Assembly: GCA_963746335.1 (NCBI GenBank)
Contig: CAVVAK010000006.1
Coordinates: 156,066-220,065, forward strand
DNA length: 64,000 nt
Source of the DNA: an uncultured Actinomycetota bacterium
GTDB taxonomy: Bacteria > Actinomycetota > UBA4738 > HRBIN12
Direction: 5' to 3'
Under the pieces are notes generated by a model. That model did not search any database. It saw only the letters and a program-made list of their open reading frames with translations, and was not told where the DNA came from. Positions 1-9,379 of this stretch are shown one piece after another; positions within the stretch are counted from its first letter, which is position 1, and each line of letters starts with the position of its first letter. Position numbers and translations under genes: made by a program.

Positions 1-618
1 AGTGTTCCAGCGGGGGATCCGCGCGCCCGCGTACGCGAACAGGTCGGTGATCAGGCGCATCGACGGCTGCGGCGGGTAGATGTAGGTCCCGCGAGCCGCA
101 TACTCCTTCAACAGGTCGTTCTGGACCGTGCCGGAGAGCTGCGTGGGGTCGATGCCGTGCTCCTCGGCGACCAGCTCGTAGAGCAGGAGCAGGATCGGCG
201 CGGTGGCGTTGATCGTCATCGAGGTGGAGACCTGATCGAGCGGGATCCCCTCGAAGAGACGCTCCATGTCGTCCACCGAATCGATAGCGACGCCCGTCTT
301 GCCCACCTCCCCTTCCGCCCGCGGGTGATCGGAGTCGAGACCCATCTGGGTCGGGAGGTCGAAGGCGACGGATACGCCCGTCTGCCCGTGATCGAGGAGG
401 TAGCGGAACCGCCTGTTCGTCTCCTCGGCGCCGCCCATGCCGGAGTACTGGCGCATCGTCCAGAGGCGTCCTCGATACATGTCGGGATAGACGCCGCGCG
501 TGAACGGGAACGAGCCGGGCTCGCCCACGCGGTCGGCGGCCGCTCCGTCGGTGTTCGACTCGTAGATCGGCCGGACCTCGATCCCGGAATCGGTCGTGCG
601 ACGGCTGCCCTCGGTCAC
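1..618 (-). CDS. Methylmalonyl-CoA mutase, N-terminal (substrate-binding) subunit; partial, runs off the window edge
   Basis: Manual translation of the minus strand from GTG 618: [90 protein letters not shown], hallmark acyl-CoA mutase motifs. Not in the ORF track. Confidence 0.93.
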   Translation of the reverse strand, partial: MTEGSRRTTDSGIEVRPIYESNTDGAAADRVGEPGSFPFTRGVYPDMYRGRLWTMRQYSGMGGAEETNRRFRYLLDHGQTGVSVAFDLPTQMGLDSDHPRAEGEVGKTGVAIDSVDDMERLFEGIPLDQVSTSMTINATAPILLLLYELVAEEHGIDPTQLSGTVQNDLLKEYAARGTYIYPPQPSMRLITDLFAYAGARIPRWNT

Positions 619-654
619 ATGAGGAAGCTTACGGTGCCGCGATATGGTGCCGTC

Positions 655-1299
655 ATGGACATCGTGGATCCTCGCATCGAGGCCTACATGGAGGAGCGCC
701 TCCGCCGCTTCGACGAGCCGGTGCTCCTGGAGATGGAGGCGTACGCCGACGAGCGGGGTTTCCCGATCGTCGGCCGCAACGTCGGTGTGACGCTCGAGCT
801 GCTCGCCCGCTCCGTGGAGGCCGAGCGGATCACGGAGCTCGGTTCGGGCTTCGGGTACTCCGCCTACTGGCACGCGCGGGCCGTCGGCCCCGTCGGTGAG
901 GTCCACCTCACCGACGGGGACCCCGAGAACGAGATCAAGGCCGCCGAGTTCCTGAGGCGAGCCGGTCTCGCCGACCGCGTCCAGTTCCACGTCGGCGACG
1001 CGGTCACCGAGCTCGAGCGGCTCGACGACGAGTTCGACGTGATCTTCAACGACATCGACAAGGACGGGTACCCGGCCGCGTGGCGCGCGGCCAGCGAACG
1101 GATCCGTCGCGGTGGCCTCTACGTCTGCGACAACGTCCTCTGGTACGGCCGTGTCGCGGTCGACGATCCGGACGACACCCGACCTCAGTACACCGATGCC
1201 GTCCTCGAGCACAACCGACTGGTCGCGGAGGACGAGCGCTACCTCTCGACGATCGTCCCCACCCGGGACGGCGTTCTGGTGGCCATCCGGATCGCGTGA
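655..1299 (+). CDS. SAM-dependent O-methyltransferase (COMT/caffeoyl-CoA-like)
   Basis: ELGSGFGYS motif [16 protein letters not shown]; start moved to ATG 655 because the ORF-track 5' extension is antisense to mcm; TATGGT -10-like box 6 nt upstream. Confidence 0.88.
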   Translation: MDIVDPRIEAYMEERLRRFDEPVLLEMEAYADERGFPIVGRNVGVTLELLARSVEAERITELGSGFGYSAYWHARAVGPVGEVHLTDGDPENEIKAAEFLRRAGLADRVQFHVGDAVTELERLDDEFDVIFNDIDKDGYPAAWRAASERIRRGGLYVCDNVLWYGRVAVDDPDDTRPQYTDAVLEHNRLVAEDERYLSTIVPTRDGVLVAIRIA

Positions 1300-1859
1300 G
1301 CGCCGGCGAAGACCCGGGCTGGGGTCCGGCGCTTCGGCCCTTCTGGCAATTCTTGCTCCCGTGGCTCGCGCTCTTTCGAAGGAAACGGCTGGATCTCATC
1401 GGCCTCCGACGAGTGTTCCTCCAGATGGGGGCGGTTTTGGCGGAGGTCACGATCGTGATCGCGTCCATCTTCGCCGGACCATCTCGCGACACGCCCTGGG
1501 CGTGGATCCTCATCGGAGTCGGCACCGCTGGTTGCATCGGCGGACTGATCTGGTCCACCGAACGATGGCGTTCGCCGGCCGACCCGACGGACCTGAGCTC
1601 GGCTGAGTCGATCGCCAACTCGTTCCGTGCTCTCTCGTTCATCCGACTCGGACTCGCCGCGTCGCCGGCCGTGTACGGGATCGTGGGAACGGAACTCACC
1701 CATACTCCCGAGTACAGCCTGGTCGGCGCCGGAGTCTCGATCGTGCTGCTGGCCCTGTACGGGCCCACGAGGTCTCGGGTCGATGAGATCGAGGAGCGGC
1801 TTCGAGCCTCGGGCTCACCCATCGCCCTCCGAGCCGCCCTCGAGGAGACCGCGTCTTGA
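1296..1859 (+). CDS. Hypothetical membrane protein (about 4 TM segments)
   Basis: GTG 1296 overlaps the methyltransferase stop (GTGA); several hydrophobic stretches. Confidence 0.6.
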   Translation: MSAGEDPGWGPALRPFWQFLLPWLALFRRKRLDLIGLRRVFLQMGAVLAEVTIVIASIFAGPSRDTPWAWILIGVGTAGCIGGLIWSTERWRSPADPTDLSSAESIANSFRALSFIRLGLAASPAVYGIVGTELTHTPEYSLVGAGVSIVLLALYGPTRSRVDEIEERLRASGSPIALRAALEETAS

Positions 1860-1901
1860 GGTCCGGATGCGGGCACGGCTCCGATAGGCTAGCGACCGAC
1901 C

Positions 1902-2309
1902 GTGGCAAGCACTGAACGCAAGAACAAAGGTCAGTTCGGCCCGCTGTACAAGGGCCATGTGGGCCAGTACAGCTGGCTCCTCCACCGCGTGACGGGCGTC
2001 GCGATCATCCTGTTCCTGTTCGCCCACGTCGTGGACACGGCGGTGGTCGGCTGGGGCCCCGATGCCTACAACCGGGTCGCCTCCGTGTACCACAACCCGT
2101 TCATCCGACTGCTGGAGCTCGGACTGGTGGCGGCGGTGCTGTACCACTCGTTCAACGGCGTGAAGATCATGCTGATCGACTTCTTCCCGAGGCTCACGAG
2201 GCATGTCCGAGGCCTGGGGATCGCCACCTCTCTGTTGTTCATCGGCTCGATGATCCCGATCACGCTGATCATGGGCTCGGCCATCGTCGAGCTCCTCCTG
2301 GAGGGCTGA
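1902..2309 (+). CDS. sdhC: Succinate dehydrogenase cytochrome b556 subunit
   Basis: SWLLHRVTG, conserved His in AHVVD and YHSFNGVK; first gene of sdh operon. Confidence 0.93.
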   Translation: MASTERKNKGQFGPLYKGHVGQYSWLLHRVTGVAIILFLFAHVVDTAVVGWGPDAYNRVASVYHNPFIRLLELGLVAAVLYHSFNGVKIMLIDFFPRLTRHVRGLGIATSLLFIGSMIPITLIMGSAIVELLLEG

Positions 2310-2314
2310 CCCGG

Positions 2315-2755
2315 GTGGCGACGACGACCGAGGCTCGCCCCGACCGGCCAGCCCCAGACGCGAAGCCCTCTGGAGCCGGCCGGGATCGCCCGATCGGCGG
2401 CTTCGAGCTCTGGACCTGGCTGTTCATGCGGGTCTCCGGCATCGTCCTGCTGTTCCTCGCCGTCGGGCACGTCCTGATCATGCACGTCCTCGACACCGGC
2501 GTGGACCGCGTCGACTTCGCGTTCATCCAGCTCCGCTGGGCGAGCCTCTTCTGGAAGACCTGGGACTGGCTCATGCTCGTCCTGGCACTCCTCCACGGGG
2601 TGAACGGCCTGAGGATGATCGTCCTCGACTACGTGCGGCCCTCGCGGGTCCGATCCACGATCAACGGGTTCTTCGCCGTCCTCGGCGCCGCACTCATGGC
2701 GCTCGGCACGATCATCGTCGTCACCTTCGACCCTGCGAAGTGGCCGACGACATGA
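2315..2755 (+). CDS. sdhD: Succinate dehydrogenase hydrophobic anchor subunit
   Basis: [18 protein letters not shown] motif; operon position. Confidence 0.92.
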   Translation: MATTTEARPDRPAPDAKPSGAGRDRPIGGFELWTWLFMRVSGIVLLFLAVGHVLIMHVLDTGVDRVDFAFIQLRWASLFWKTWDWLMLVLALLHGVNGLRMIVLDYVRPSRVRSTINGFFAVLGAALMALGTIIVVTFDPAKWPTT

Positions 2756-4491
2756 CGACCACCCATACGTACGACGCCGTGATCGTCGGCGCCGGCGGAG
2801 CCGGACTCCGTGCGGCGATCGAGGCCTCCGGCCGGGTGAAGACCGCCGTCATCTCCAAGCTCTATCCCACGCGCTCTCATACGGGCGCGGCCCAGGGCGG
2901 CGTCTGCGCGGCCCTCGGCAACGTCGAGGAGGACTATCCGGAGTGGCACGCGTTCGACACCGTGAAGGGCGGCGACTATCTCGTGGACCAGCCCGCCGCC
3001 GAGATCCTCACCGAGGAAGCCGTCGCGGCGATCTACGAGCTCGAGCGTTGGGGGCTCCCGTTCAACCGGACGCCGGACGGGCGCATCGACCAACGGCGCT
3101 TCGGAGGACACACCGCGAATCACGGCGAGCGCCCGGTCAAGCGGGCGTGCTACGCAGCTGATCGCACCGGGCACATGATCCTCCAAACCCTCTACCAGCA
3201 GTGCGTCAAGCGCGACGTCCGGTTCTTCAACGAGTTCTACTGCCTCGACCTGCTCCGTACCGACGACGGCCGGACCGCCGGCGTGGTGGCCTACGAGCTC
3301 GCGACGGGTGAGCTCCACGTGTTCCGGGCGAAGTCGGTCCTGTTCGCGACCGGCGGCTACGGGCGGATGTTCCGGGTCTCCTCGAACGCGCACGCGCTGA
3401 CGGGCGACGGCCCGTCCGTCGCGTTCCGGCGGGGCATCCCGCTCGAGGACATGGAGTTCTTCCAGTTCCACCCGACCGGTCTCTACCGCCTCGGCGTGTT
3501 GCTCTCCGAGGGAGCGCGCGGCGAGGGTGCGATCCTCCGGAATCGCGACGGGGAGCGGTTCATGGAGCGCTACGCACCGACGATCAAGGACCTCGCCCCG
3601 CGCGACGTCGTATCGAGGTCGATCTACCAGGAGATCAGAGAGGGCCGTGGGCTCGGCCCGAAGGGCGACTACCTCCATCTCGACCTCACTCACCTGGACC
3701 CGAAGGTCCTGGAGGAGAAGCTGCCGGACATCACGGAATTCGCCCGCGTCTACCTGCAGGTCGAGCCCACGCGAGAACCGGTGCCGATCCAGCCCACGGC
3801 GCATTACGCGATGGGAGGGATCCCCACCGATGTGCACGCTCGTGTGGTCACGGGCTCGGAGGAGACACCCGTCCCCGGTCTCTACGCCGCCGGGGAGTGC
3901 GCCTGCGTATCGGTCCACGGCGCCAACCGTCTCGGAACGAATTCGCTCCTCGACATCGTGGTCTTCGGGCGCCGGGGCGGCGACGACATGACGACGCATT
4001 GCGCGGAGACCGATCTGCCGGATGTACCGCCGGACGCCACCGCGCATACGCTCGACATGCTCGACGGGATCCTCACCCGGAAGACGGGCGACAACGTCGC
4101 GGACATCCGGTCGGAGCTGCAGGATTCGATGTTCGATCTCGCGTTCGTCGTTCGGACCGAGGAGAGCCTCACGAAGATGGGCGAGATCCTCGACGGGCTG
4201 CACGAGCGGTATGAGCGGATCGCGATCGGCGACAAGGGCAACGTCTACAACACGGACCTCATGGAAGCCGTGGAGGTCGGGTTCCTGCTGGACTGCGCCG
4301 CGACGCTCGTCGCGGCGGCACAGGCCCGCGACGAGAGCCGCGGCGCCCACTACCGGGAGGACCATCCGCTGCGCGACGACGCGAACTGGCTCAAGCACTC
4401 CCTCGCGTACCGTCGGGACGATGGCTCGATCCGCATGGAGACGAAGCCCGTGAAGCTCGGGCCCTACGTGCCGATGGAGCGGAAGTACTGA
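2752..4491 (+). CDS. sdhA: Succinate dehydrogenase flavoprotein subunit
   Basis: GAGGAG FAD motif, [10 protein letters not shown] covalent-FAD His, QFHPTG, HYAMGG, HGANRLG; ATGA overlap with sdhD. Confidence 0.97.
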   Translation: MTTTHTYDAVIVGAGGAGLRAAIEASGRVKTAVISKLYPTRSHTGAAQGGVCAALGNVEEDYPEWHAFDTVKGGDYLVDQPAAEILTEEAVAAIYELERWGLPFNRTPDGRIDQRRFGGHTANHGERPVKRACYAADRTGHMILQTLYQQCVKRDVRFFNEFYCLDLLRTDDGRTAGVVAYELATGELHVFRAKSVLFATGGYGRMFRVSSNAHALTGDGPSVAFRRGIPLEDMEFFQFHPTGLYRLGVLLSEGARGEGAILRNRDGERFMERYAPTIKDLAPRDVVSRSIYQEIREGRGLGPKGDYLHLDLTHLDPKVLEEKLPDITEFARVYLQVEPTREPVPIQPTAHYAMGGIPTDVHARVVTGSEETPVPGLYAAGECACVSVHGANRLGTNSLLDIVVFGRRGGDDMTTHCAETDLPDVPPDATAHTLDMLDGILTRKTGDNVADIRSELQDSMFDLAFVVRTEESLTKMGEILDGLHERYERIAIGDKGNVYNTDLMEAVEVGFLLDCAATLVAAAQARDESRGAHYREDHPLRDDANWLKHSLAYRRDDGSIRMETKPVKLGPYVPMERKY

Positions 4492-5249
4492 TGGCGACCG
4501 CCGCTGAGATCCTGAACAGCTCGGACGAGCGTCGCGTCGGCGCGACGGACCTGATGACGCTGACGCTCAAGATCCAGCGGTTCAACCCTCAGGTCTCCGA
4601 GGACGCATGGTGGGACGAGTTCACGCTCCAGGTGGATCCTTTCGAACGCCTGGTCGAAGTGCTTCACCACGTGAAGTGGTATCACGACGGGACCCTCACC
4701 TTCCGCCGCTCGTGCGCGCACGGCATCTGCGGGTCCGACGCCATGGTCATCAACGGCCGCAACGCCCTCGCGTGCAAGGTCCTGGTGAAGGACGTGGCAC
4801 CCAAGGTGACGATCGAACCGATCCGCGGCCTGCCCGTCCTGAAGGACCTCATCGTCGACATGGAACCGTTCTTCGACGGATACCGGGCCGTACTTCCGTA
4901 CCTGGTCAACGAAGAGGTCACCGAACGTGAGCGGATCCAGACGCCGGAGGAACGCGAGCGATTCGACGACACCACGAAGTGCATCCTGTGCGCGGCCTGT
5001 ACGACCTCCTGTCCGATCTTCTGGGCCGACGAGACCTACATCGGTCCGGCCGCGATCGTGAACGCGCACCGATTCATCTTCGATTCCCGGGATCGTGCCC
5101 CCCGGGAACGCCTCGGCATCCTCTCGGAGAAGACCGGTGTCTTCCGCTGCCGGACGACCTTCAACTGCACCGATGCATGCCCTCGAGGTATCGAGGTCAC
5201 GAAGGCCATCCAAGAGGTGAAGCGGCTCATCCTGTTCGATCGCGCCTGA
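4491..5249 (+). CDS. sdhB: Succinate dehydrogenase iron-sulfur subunit
   Basis: CAHGICGSD..C, CILCAACTTSCP, CRTTFNCTDACP cluster motifs. Confidence 0.97.
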   Translation: MATAAEILNSSDERRVGATDLMTLTLKIQRFNPQVSEDAWWDEFTLQVDPFERLVEVLHHVKWYHDGTLTFRRSCAHGICGSDAMVINGRNALACKVLVKDVAPKVTIEPIRGLPVLKDLIVDMEPFFDGYRAVLPYLVNEEVTERERIQTPEERERFDDTTKCILCAACTTSCPIFWADETYIGPAAIVNAHRFIFDSRDRAPRERLGILSEKTGVFRCRTTFNCTDACPRGIEVTKAIQEVKRLILFDRA

Positions 5250-5354
5250 GCGTCGAGGGGGCGCCGAGGATGTGCCCGATCCGTGATGGGTCGATCACCC
5301 ACGAGACTCGACGCAGGATTGACGAGTCGGCTGCCACGGGATATGTGGAGCAGG

Positions 5355-5762
5355 ATGGTCGATCCTACCCCCATCGAGTTCGTGCTTCCGGTCAGTCCCA
5401 CAGCCGACGTCGACGCACAGGAGGCGTTCAGCCGTGTCCTCACCGGCGACGCGGCAGCGCTCCGGGATCGGGCCTTGATGCTCATCTCGGGGCTGCTCAC
5501 GAGCGACGAGGATCGACCGCTCAGCGGAGACGAGATCATCGCCGTGAAGGTGATCCCCGCTCCGCGCTCGGTTCGGATCGAGATCACCGACGCCGGGTCG
5601 GGGGTGGTGCTGGGAGGGCTCCGGAAACCACGCCACCTCGCGACGAGCGGCTGGAGCCCACACCTCCTCAGCAGGATCGCCGATCGTTGGGGTCTCGTCT
5701 CGGGCGTGGAGGGAGCGTGGGTGTGGTTCGAGCTCGACCTTCCCCTCGGAACCGACGGCTGA
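5355..5762 (+). CDS. RsbW/HATPase_c-like ATP-binding protein with degenerate motifs
   Basis: VRIEITDAGSG (G1 box) and ADRWG..VWFEL C-terminus typical of actinobacterial anti-sigma kinases; start uncertain (5283/5344/5355). Confidence 0.65.
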   Translation: MVDPTPIEFVLPVSPTADVDAQEAFSRVLTGDAAALRDRALMLISGLLTSDEDRPLSGDEIIAVKVIPAPRSVRIEITDAGSGVVLGGLRKPRHLATSGWSPHLLSRIADRWGLVSGVEGAWVWFELDLPLGTDG

Positions 5763-5847
5763 GCCTCGACGATCGCCTTCTCCCCGGTTCCCGCCGATCG
5801 ACCTGAGTCGAGCCCGGCTCCACCAGTCGGTCGGGTAGGGTGCCGAG

Positions 5848-6918
5848 GTGGCTGGACGGCACCGTGTCACGCTGATCCCCGGCGACGGCATCGGACCGGA
5901 GGTGTCGGCCGGTGCCCGCCACGTCCTCGACGCCGCCGTTCCGGGGATCGAGTGGACCGAACGCCAGGCCGGATCGGTCGCCCTCGTAGAGCAGGGGGAC
6001 CTCCTTCCCGAAGAGACGCTTGCCTCGATCCGGGAGGCGCGGGTCGCGATCAAGGGGCCGATCACGACGCCGGTCGGATCCGGTTTCCGGAGCATCAACG
6101 TGGCCCTGCGTCAGGACCTCGATCTGTTCGCGGCCGTGCGCCCCGCCAGGTCGCTCCCGGGCGTGCCGACGAGACACGGCCGGGTGGACCTCGTGGTGAT
6201 CAGGGAGAACACCGAGGATCTGTATCAAGGGGTTGAATTCGCTGCCGGCTCGCCCCAGGCCGAAGCCCTCAGGGAGGAGTTGCGGAGACTGGCCGACTTC
6301 GAGGTCCGGCCGGACGCGGGCGTCACCCTGAAGCCGATCTCCGTCGCGGGCACGCGACGGATCGTGCGGTTCGCATTCGACTACGCGAAGGCGAATCGCC
6401 GCCGCAGGATCACCCTCGGCCACAAGGCGGGCATCATGCCGACGTCCGACGGGTTGTTCCTGCGGACGGCGAGGGAGGACACGATCGATCGAGGCGATGT
6501 CGAGTTCGAGGACATGCAGATCGATCATCTGACCGCCCGCCTCGTCCGCGAACCCGGCCGGTTCGACGTCCTGCTCCTCCCCAACCTCTACGGCGACATC
6601 ATCTCCGACCTGTGCGCCGGACTCGTCGGCGGACTCGGGCTCATCCCCGGCGCGAACATCGGCTGGGAGTACGCCGTGTTCGAGCCGGTCCACGGGAGCG
6701 CCCCCGACATCGCGGGCAAGGGTGTCGCGAACCCGATCGCCATGATCCTCTCCGGCGCCATGATGCTCCGCCACCTGGGCGAGCTGCGTAGTGCATCGGC
6801 CGTGGAACGAGCGGTCGACGCGGTGCTCGAGGCGGGGAACGTACGGACCCCCGACCTCGGCGGCTCGTCCTCGACGATGGACGTGGCCGAGGCGATCGCC
6901 TCCGCGCTGGCACCCTAG
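5848..6918 (+). CDS. Isocitrate/isopropylmalate dehydrogenase family protein (NAD-type IDH), paralog 1
   Basis: IPGDGIGPEV, SINVALR, RENTEDLY, NLYGDIISD, HGSAPDIAGKGVANP; TCA context. Confidence 0.88.
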   Translation: MAGRHRVTLIPGDGIGPEVSAGARHVLDAAVPGIEWTERQAGSVALVEQGDLLPEETLASIREARVAIKGPITTPVGSGFRSINVALRQDLDLFAAVRPARSLPGVPTRHGRVDLVVIRENTEDLYQGVEFAAGSPQAEALREELRRLADFEVRPDAGVTLKPISVAGTRRIVRFAFDYAKANRRRRITLGHKAGIMPTSDGLFLRTAREDTIDRGDVEFEDMQIDHLTARLVREPGRFDVLLLPNLYGDIISDLCAGLVGGLGLIPGANIGWEYAVFEPVHGSAPDIAGKGVANPIAMILSGAMMLRHLGELRSASAVERAVDAVLEAGNVRTPDLGGSSSTMDVAEAIASALAP

Positions 6919-6933
6919 TCGGTCTGCGCCGAT

Positions 6934-6951
6934 GGATCCCGACCGGGATCC
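6934..6951. terminator. Hairpin between convergent IDH paralog 1 and small ORF
   Basis: GGATCCC-GACC-GGGATCC inverted repeat; no U tract. Confidence 0.45.
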
Positions 6952-6962
6952 GGTGGGAGTCG

Positions 6963-7130
6963 TCAGCAGCCGGGTTCGCCGTGGTGCCCGCAACACCCCT
7001 TGTTCCCGAGCGACTTGACTCGGTTGCGCACGGTCACGGCGACCTTCCGACCGAACGGCAGATCTGACTCCGACCAGTTGGTGAAGAAGTTCCCGACGTG
7101 CTCCCGGAGCCGACCAGCGAGGGACGCCAT
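6963..7130 (-). CDS. Small hypothetical protein, 55 aa, C-terminal CCGHHGEPGC motif
   Basis: Manual translation MASLAGRLREHVGNFFTNWSESDLPFGRKVAVTVRNRVKSLGNKGCCGHHGEPGC*; TAGCAT -10 box (7137-7142) 6 nt before ATG; fills the intergenic gap. Confidence 0.8.
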   Translation of the reverse strand: MASLAGRLREHVGNFFTNWSESDLPFGRKVAVTVRNRVKSLGNKGCCGHHGEPGC

Positions 7131-7194
7131 CCCGTCATGCTAGTCGTGCCTCGCCGGACGAGCCGCCCGCGAGATCCCTGCCCGGGACGGCGCG

Positions 7195-8118
7195 CTAGAG
7201 GTCGGCCAGATCCGCGCACTTCGCGCGGATGCCCTCGGCGGCGGCTCGAAGCTTCTCGAGCTCGTCGTGGTTCAGGTCCAGCTCGACGATCTCCTCGACG
7301 CCCTTGACTCCCAGTCGCGCCGGTACCCCGACGTACACATCGGAGATCCCGTACTGGCCGGTGGTCCAGGCGCACACCGGAAGGACCTCCTTGGTGTCCC
7401 GGACGATCGCCCGGACCATCGCCACGACCGAGGCACTGGGGGCGTAGTACGCCGATCCCGACGTGAGGAGCGCGACGATCTCGGCGCCGCCGTCGCGCGT
7501 CCGCTGGAAGAGCCGTTCCAGTGTTGGCTCGTCGACGAGCTCGGGCAACGGGGTCCCGTTCACGGTGGCATGCCTCGGCAGGGCCACCATGGAGTCCCCG
7601 TGGGAGCCCAGGGTGATCGCCTCGACCACGTTGGGCGAGACGCCGAGCTCCTCGGCGATGAAGAACCGCAGTCGCGCCGAGTCCAGGACGCCGGCCATCC
7701 CCGTCACGCGTTCCCGAGGGAACCCCGATGCCTCGGCGGCCAGGAAGGTCATCTCGTCCAGCGGGTTGGACACCACGACCAGGATGGCACCGGGAGACCC
7801 CGGCACGACGTTGCCGACGACGTCGCGCATGATCGCGGCGTTCTTCCCCAAGAGGTCCATCCGGCTCATCCCCGGCTGACGGGGGAACCCGGCCGTGATC
7901 ACGACGATGTCGGATCCGGCCGTGTCCGCGTAGTCGTTCGTGCCGAGGATCGAGGGTTCATAGCCCTCGATCGGCGCGGCCTGCTTGAGGTCGAGGGCGA
8001 GACCCTGGGGCTTGCCTTCGATGATGTCGATCAGGCAGACCTCCGCGAGGCGCTGCTCGAGGATCCTCATCGCGGTCGTCTGTCCGACGAAGCCGCTACC
8101 GACGACGGTGACCTTCAT
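7195..8118 (-). CDS. mdh: Malate dehydrogenase (LDH-like)
   Basis: GSGFVG, TAGFPRQPGMSRMDL, SNPLD, LDSARL, GSHGD. Confidence 0.95.
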   Translation of the reverse strand: MKVTVVGSGFVGQTTAMRILEQRLAEVCLIDIIEGKPQGLALDLKQAAPIEGYEPSILGTNDYADTAGSDIVVITAGFPRQPGMSRMDLLGKNAAIMRDVVGNVVPGSPGAILVVVSNPLDEMTFLAAEASGFPRERVTGMAGVLDSARLRFFIAEELGVSPNVVEAITLGSHGDSMVALPRHATVNGTPLPELVDEPTLERLFQRTRDGGAEIVALLTSGSAYYAPSASVVAMVRAIVRDTKEVLPVCAWTTGQYGISDVYVGVPARLGVKGVEEIVELDLNHDELEKLRAAAEGIRAKCADLADL

Positions 8119-8158
8119 GGACGCATCAGCTCCTCAGGAGGTGGTCCGAGCGAAGGCG

Positions 8159-9253
8159 TCATGCTACCGAGGAGTCCCGGAGCCGTTCGGCTACGGCCTC
8201 GGCCATCCGCTTGGTGCCGACCGCAGGGCGCTCGTCCCCGGCTGCCCGGAGATCCGGGGTCACGTCCACGCCGCCGGCCAGGACGCCGGCGATCGCCTCT
8301 TCGAGGCGATCTCCCGCCTCGACCTCCCCGAGGTGCCGAAGCATCATCGCCGCCGAGAGCATCAGGCCCACCGGGTCCGCGCGATCCCGCCCCGCGAGAC
8401 GCGGGGCGGTCCCGTGCGTCGCCTCGAACACAGCGACGTCGTCGCCGAGCTGCACGCCCGGCGCCACCCCCGGCCCGCCGATCAGGCCCGCGCCCAGCTC
8501 GGACACGATGTCCCCATAGAGGTTCGGCAGCACGAGCACGTCGAACCGCTCCGGCGACTGGACGAGCTCCATGCAGAGCGCGTCGATGATCCGATCGTCG
8601 AAGAGGACGTCCGGATACTGCGCGGCAACCCTCCTCGCAACGTCGAGGAAGAGCCCGTCGGAGAACTTCATGATGTTCGCCTTGTGCGCGGCTGTGACCT
8701 TTCCCCGACCGCGGCGCCTGGTCTCGTCGAACGCGAACCGGACGATCCGTTCGCTCCCCTCCTTGGAGATGGCTTTGACCGAGATCCCACTGTCCTCGCG
8801 GATCCGAACGCCGGTTGCCTCCTCGATGAAGGCGATCAGTTCCTTCACCTCGACGGTCCCCACCTCGAACTCGATACCCGTGTAGACGTCCTCGGTGTTC
8901 TCTCGCACCACCACGAGATCGACGTCCTCGTACACGGACGGCACACCGGGGTACCGCCGACACGGGCGCACATTCGCGTACAGATCCAGTTCCTTCCGCA
9001 GCACCAGGTTCGCGCTGCCGATCCCGGCTCCGCCGGGAGTCTCGATCGGTCCTTTCAACCCGACGCCGTTGTCCCGGATGGAGGAGACCGCTCGAGCGGG
9101 CAGCACCTCACCCGTCCGTTCGAATGCTCGGAGACCGATCTCCTCGACGTCCCAGCGCACCTCCACCCCGGTGGCCTCGACGACGCCGCGCGCGGCCTGC
9201 ACCACCTCCGGTCCGATCCCGTCTCCCGGGATCAACGTCACGCGATGGGTCAA
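8159..9253 (-). CDS. Isocitrate/isopropylmalate dehydrogenase family protein, paralog 2
   Basis: IPGDGIGPEV, SANLVLR, RENTEDVY, HKANIMK, NLYGDIVSE, HGTAPRLAG; TTG start. Confidence 0.88.
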   Translation of the reverse strand: MTHRVTLIPGDGIGPEVVQAARGVVEATGVEVRWDVEEIGLRAFERTGEVLPARAVSSIRDNGVGLKGPIETPGGAGIGSANLVLRKELDLYANVRPCRRYPGVPSVYEDVDLVVVRENTEDVYTGIEFEVGTVEVKELIAFIEEATGVRIREDSGISVKAISKEGSERIVRFAFDETRRRGRGKVTAAHKANIMKFSDGLFLDVARRVAAQYPDVLFDDRIIDALCMELVQSPERFDVLVLPNLYGDIVSELGAGLIGGPGVAPGVQLGDDVAVFEATHGTAPRLAGRDRADPVGLMLSAAMMLRHLGEVEAGDRLEEAIAGVLAGGVDVTPDLRAAGDERPAVGTKRMAEAVAERLRDSSVA

Positions 9254-9379
9254 CAGATGCCTCTTTCGTCGTCTCGCCCTGGGCGTTGGGCTGGGCGTCG
9301 GGGTCAGCGAACGGGGCGCCGACTATCCTGGCAGTCTCGCAGGGACCCGTCCGAACGGGTCCGCGGAGAACGGAGGATC

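Noticed and set aside
157-654. N-terminal extension of the O-methyltransferase
   Set aside because: Antisense to the mutase gene; ATG 655 has a -10 box.
4700-4780. SdhB [2Fe-2S] motif with Asp in place of the third Cys
   Set aside because: Same as in E. coli-type SdhB; not unusual.
7985-9379. Apparent 465-aa N-terminal extension of citrate synthase
   Set aside because: Antisense to IDH paralog 2; the real start is GTG 9380 with a GGAGG RBS.
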